NCBI GenBank assembly: GCA_963701855.1 | Contig: CAVPBK010000006.1 | Location: 960,001 to 1,024,000 of the forward strand | DNA length: 64,000 nt | From: Nitrospirota bacterium | GTDB taxonomy: Bacteria > Nitrospirota > Nitrospiria > Nitrospirales > Nitrospiraceae | Direction of reading: 5' to 3' | Notes under the pieces: model-generated | Told to the model about the DNA's origin: nothing | Seen by the model: the letters and a program-made list of their open reading frames with translations, nothing else | Databases searched by the model: none | Made by a program: the position numbers and the translations under genes | Part shown: piece by piece, positions 63,346 to 64,000 of the stretch | How positions within the stretch are numbered: position 1 is the first letter of the stretch | How the letters are laid out: the number at the start of each line of letters is the position of its first letter

Positions 63346-63700
63346 TACCACCAACCCCTCCTCGGCCAACAAACACCCAATCTGATTGATGGCGGCGGTC
63401 CGATGTTTCACGAAGCGCGACCGCGTCCGGTGCACGGCCTGCAGGTCAGCTTGTTCCACCGTCTTGATCGAGACAACTCGCATGGTGAGCCGACTCACTG
63501 CTTCGCAGATCGCTTCCGCCTCGCGCCCATCATGCTTGTTGGTCTTGACGTAGGGCTTGACATACTTCGGGTGCATCAGCTTGACGGTATGCCCGAGCAG
63601 TTCAACCGCTCGCCCCCAGTGCTGTGCACTCCCGCACGCCTTCATCCCAATCACGCAGGGCGGCAGACTCGCCACTGTGTGTAACAACTGATCGCGCCGG
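63345..63700 (-). mobile_element. IS110-family transposase fragment (pseudogene)
   Basis: LPPCVIGMKACGSAQHWGR, VKPYVKTNKHD..EAEAICEA and RTAAINQ; catalytic acidic residues altered, both ends missing. Confidence 0.85.
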
Positions 63701-63868
63701 TCAACAGCTAGGCATAGGCCGCCTACCTGTAATGCAAGAGAGTACGGCTGGAAACTCAGCCTAAAAGAGCATAGTATAATTTGGCAATTTTTCTCCCTAG
63801 TGTGTTAGGCAGCGCAACCGCATCTTGCGGGGTGCAACCAAGATAATAAACGCAGAGGGAAGGGATCA

Positions 63869-64000
63869 GTGACAAAAACAATTATTGTTGTTGGCGGCTC
63901 ATTTGCGGGAATCAAGGCCGCATGGGACCTTCGTCATCTTCTTGATGATACACATCGCATTCTGCTGCTTTCCGACCAGCCGCGCACCACCTTCCGGGCA
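63869..64000 (+). CDS. FAD-dependent oxidoreductase (SQR/NDH-2-like), partial
   Basis: MTKTIIVVGGSFAGIKAAWDLRHLL Rossmann start; runs off the right edge. Confidence 0.75.
   Translation, partial: MTKTIIVVGGSFAGIKAAWDLRHLLDDTHRILLLSDQPRTTFRA

Overview
This is a bacterial chromosomal window, most likely from a Nitrospira-type genome. That assignment is an inference from gene content, the split F1-only atp operon and the intergenic repeat style, and was not verified by any search. From left to right it contains: the 5' part of nuoA, a MidA/NDUFAF7-like methyltransferase and secA; a ~10.5 kb TonB-dependent metal-uptake cluster (5.2-15.7 kb); tesA-ybbA-ybbP; a minus-strand L,D-transpeptidase, pgl pseudogene, glk, rpiA and M1 aminopeptidase run; the rpmH-rnpA-(yidD pseudogene)-yidC-mnmE-mnmG-rsmG-parA-parB cluster with two perfect parS palindromes and two bactofilins; mnmA; an F1 operon atpH-atpA-[atpG remnant]-atpD-atpC; an IS630 element and MITEs; rluD, a Zn/Mn ABC transporter, anmK, c-di-GMP and envelope genes; and a decayed accessory right end. 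The strongest candidate for an undescribed system is the metal cluster. It is punctuated by three paralogous exported leader peptides (signal, His-rich patch, TH..LC[SA]WxC, a 41-42 aa spacer, C-terminal RAPP) that look like metal-sensing ribosome-arrest peptides. The same cluster carries a stand-alone mimic of the receptor N-terminus/plug, two TlpA thioredoxins and a CxCC beta-propeller. The second major oddity is a destroyed atpG (gamma rotor) between intact atpA and atpD. All calls come from reading the sequence by eye, with no database searches.
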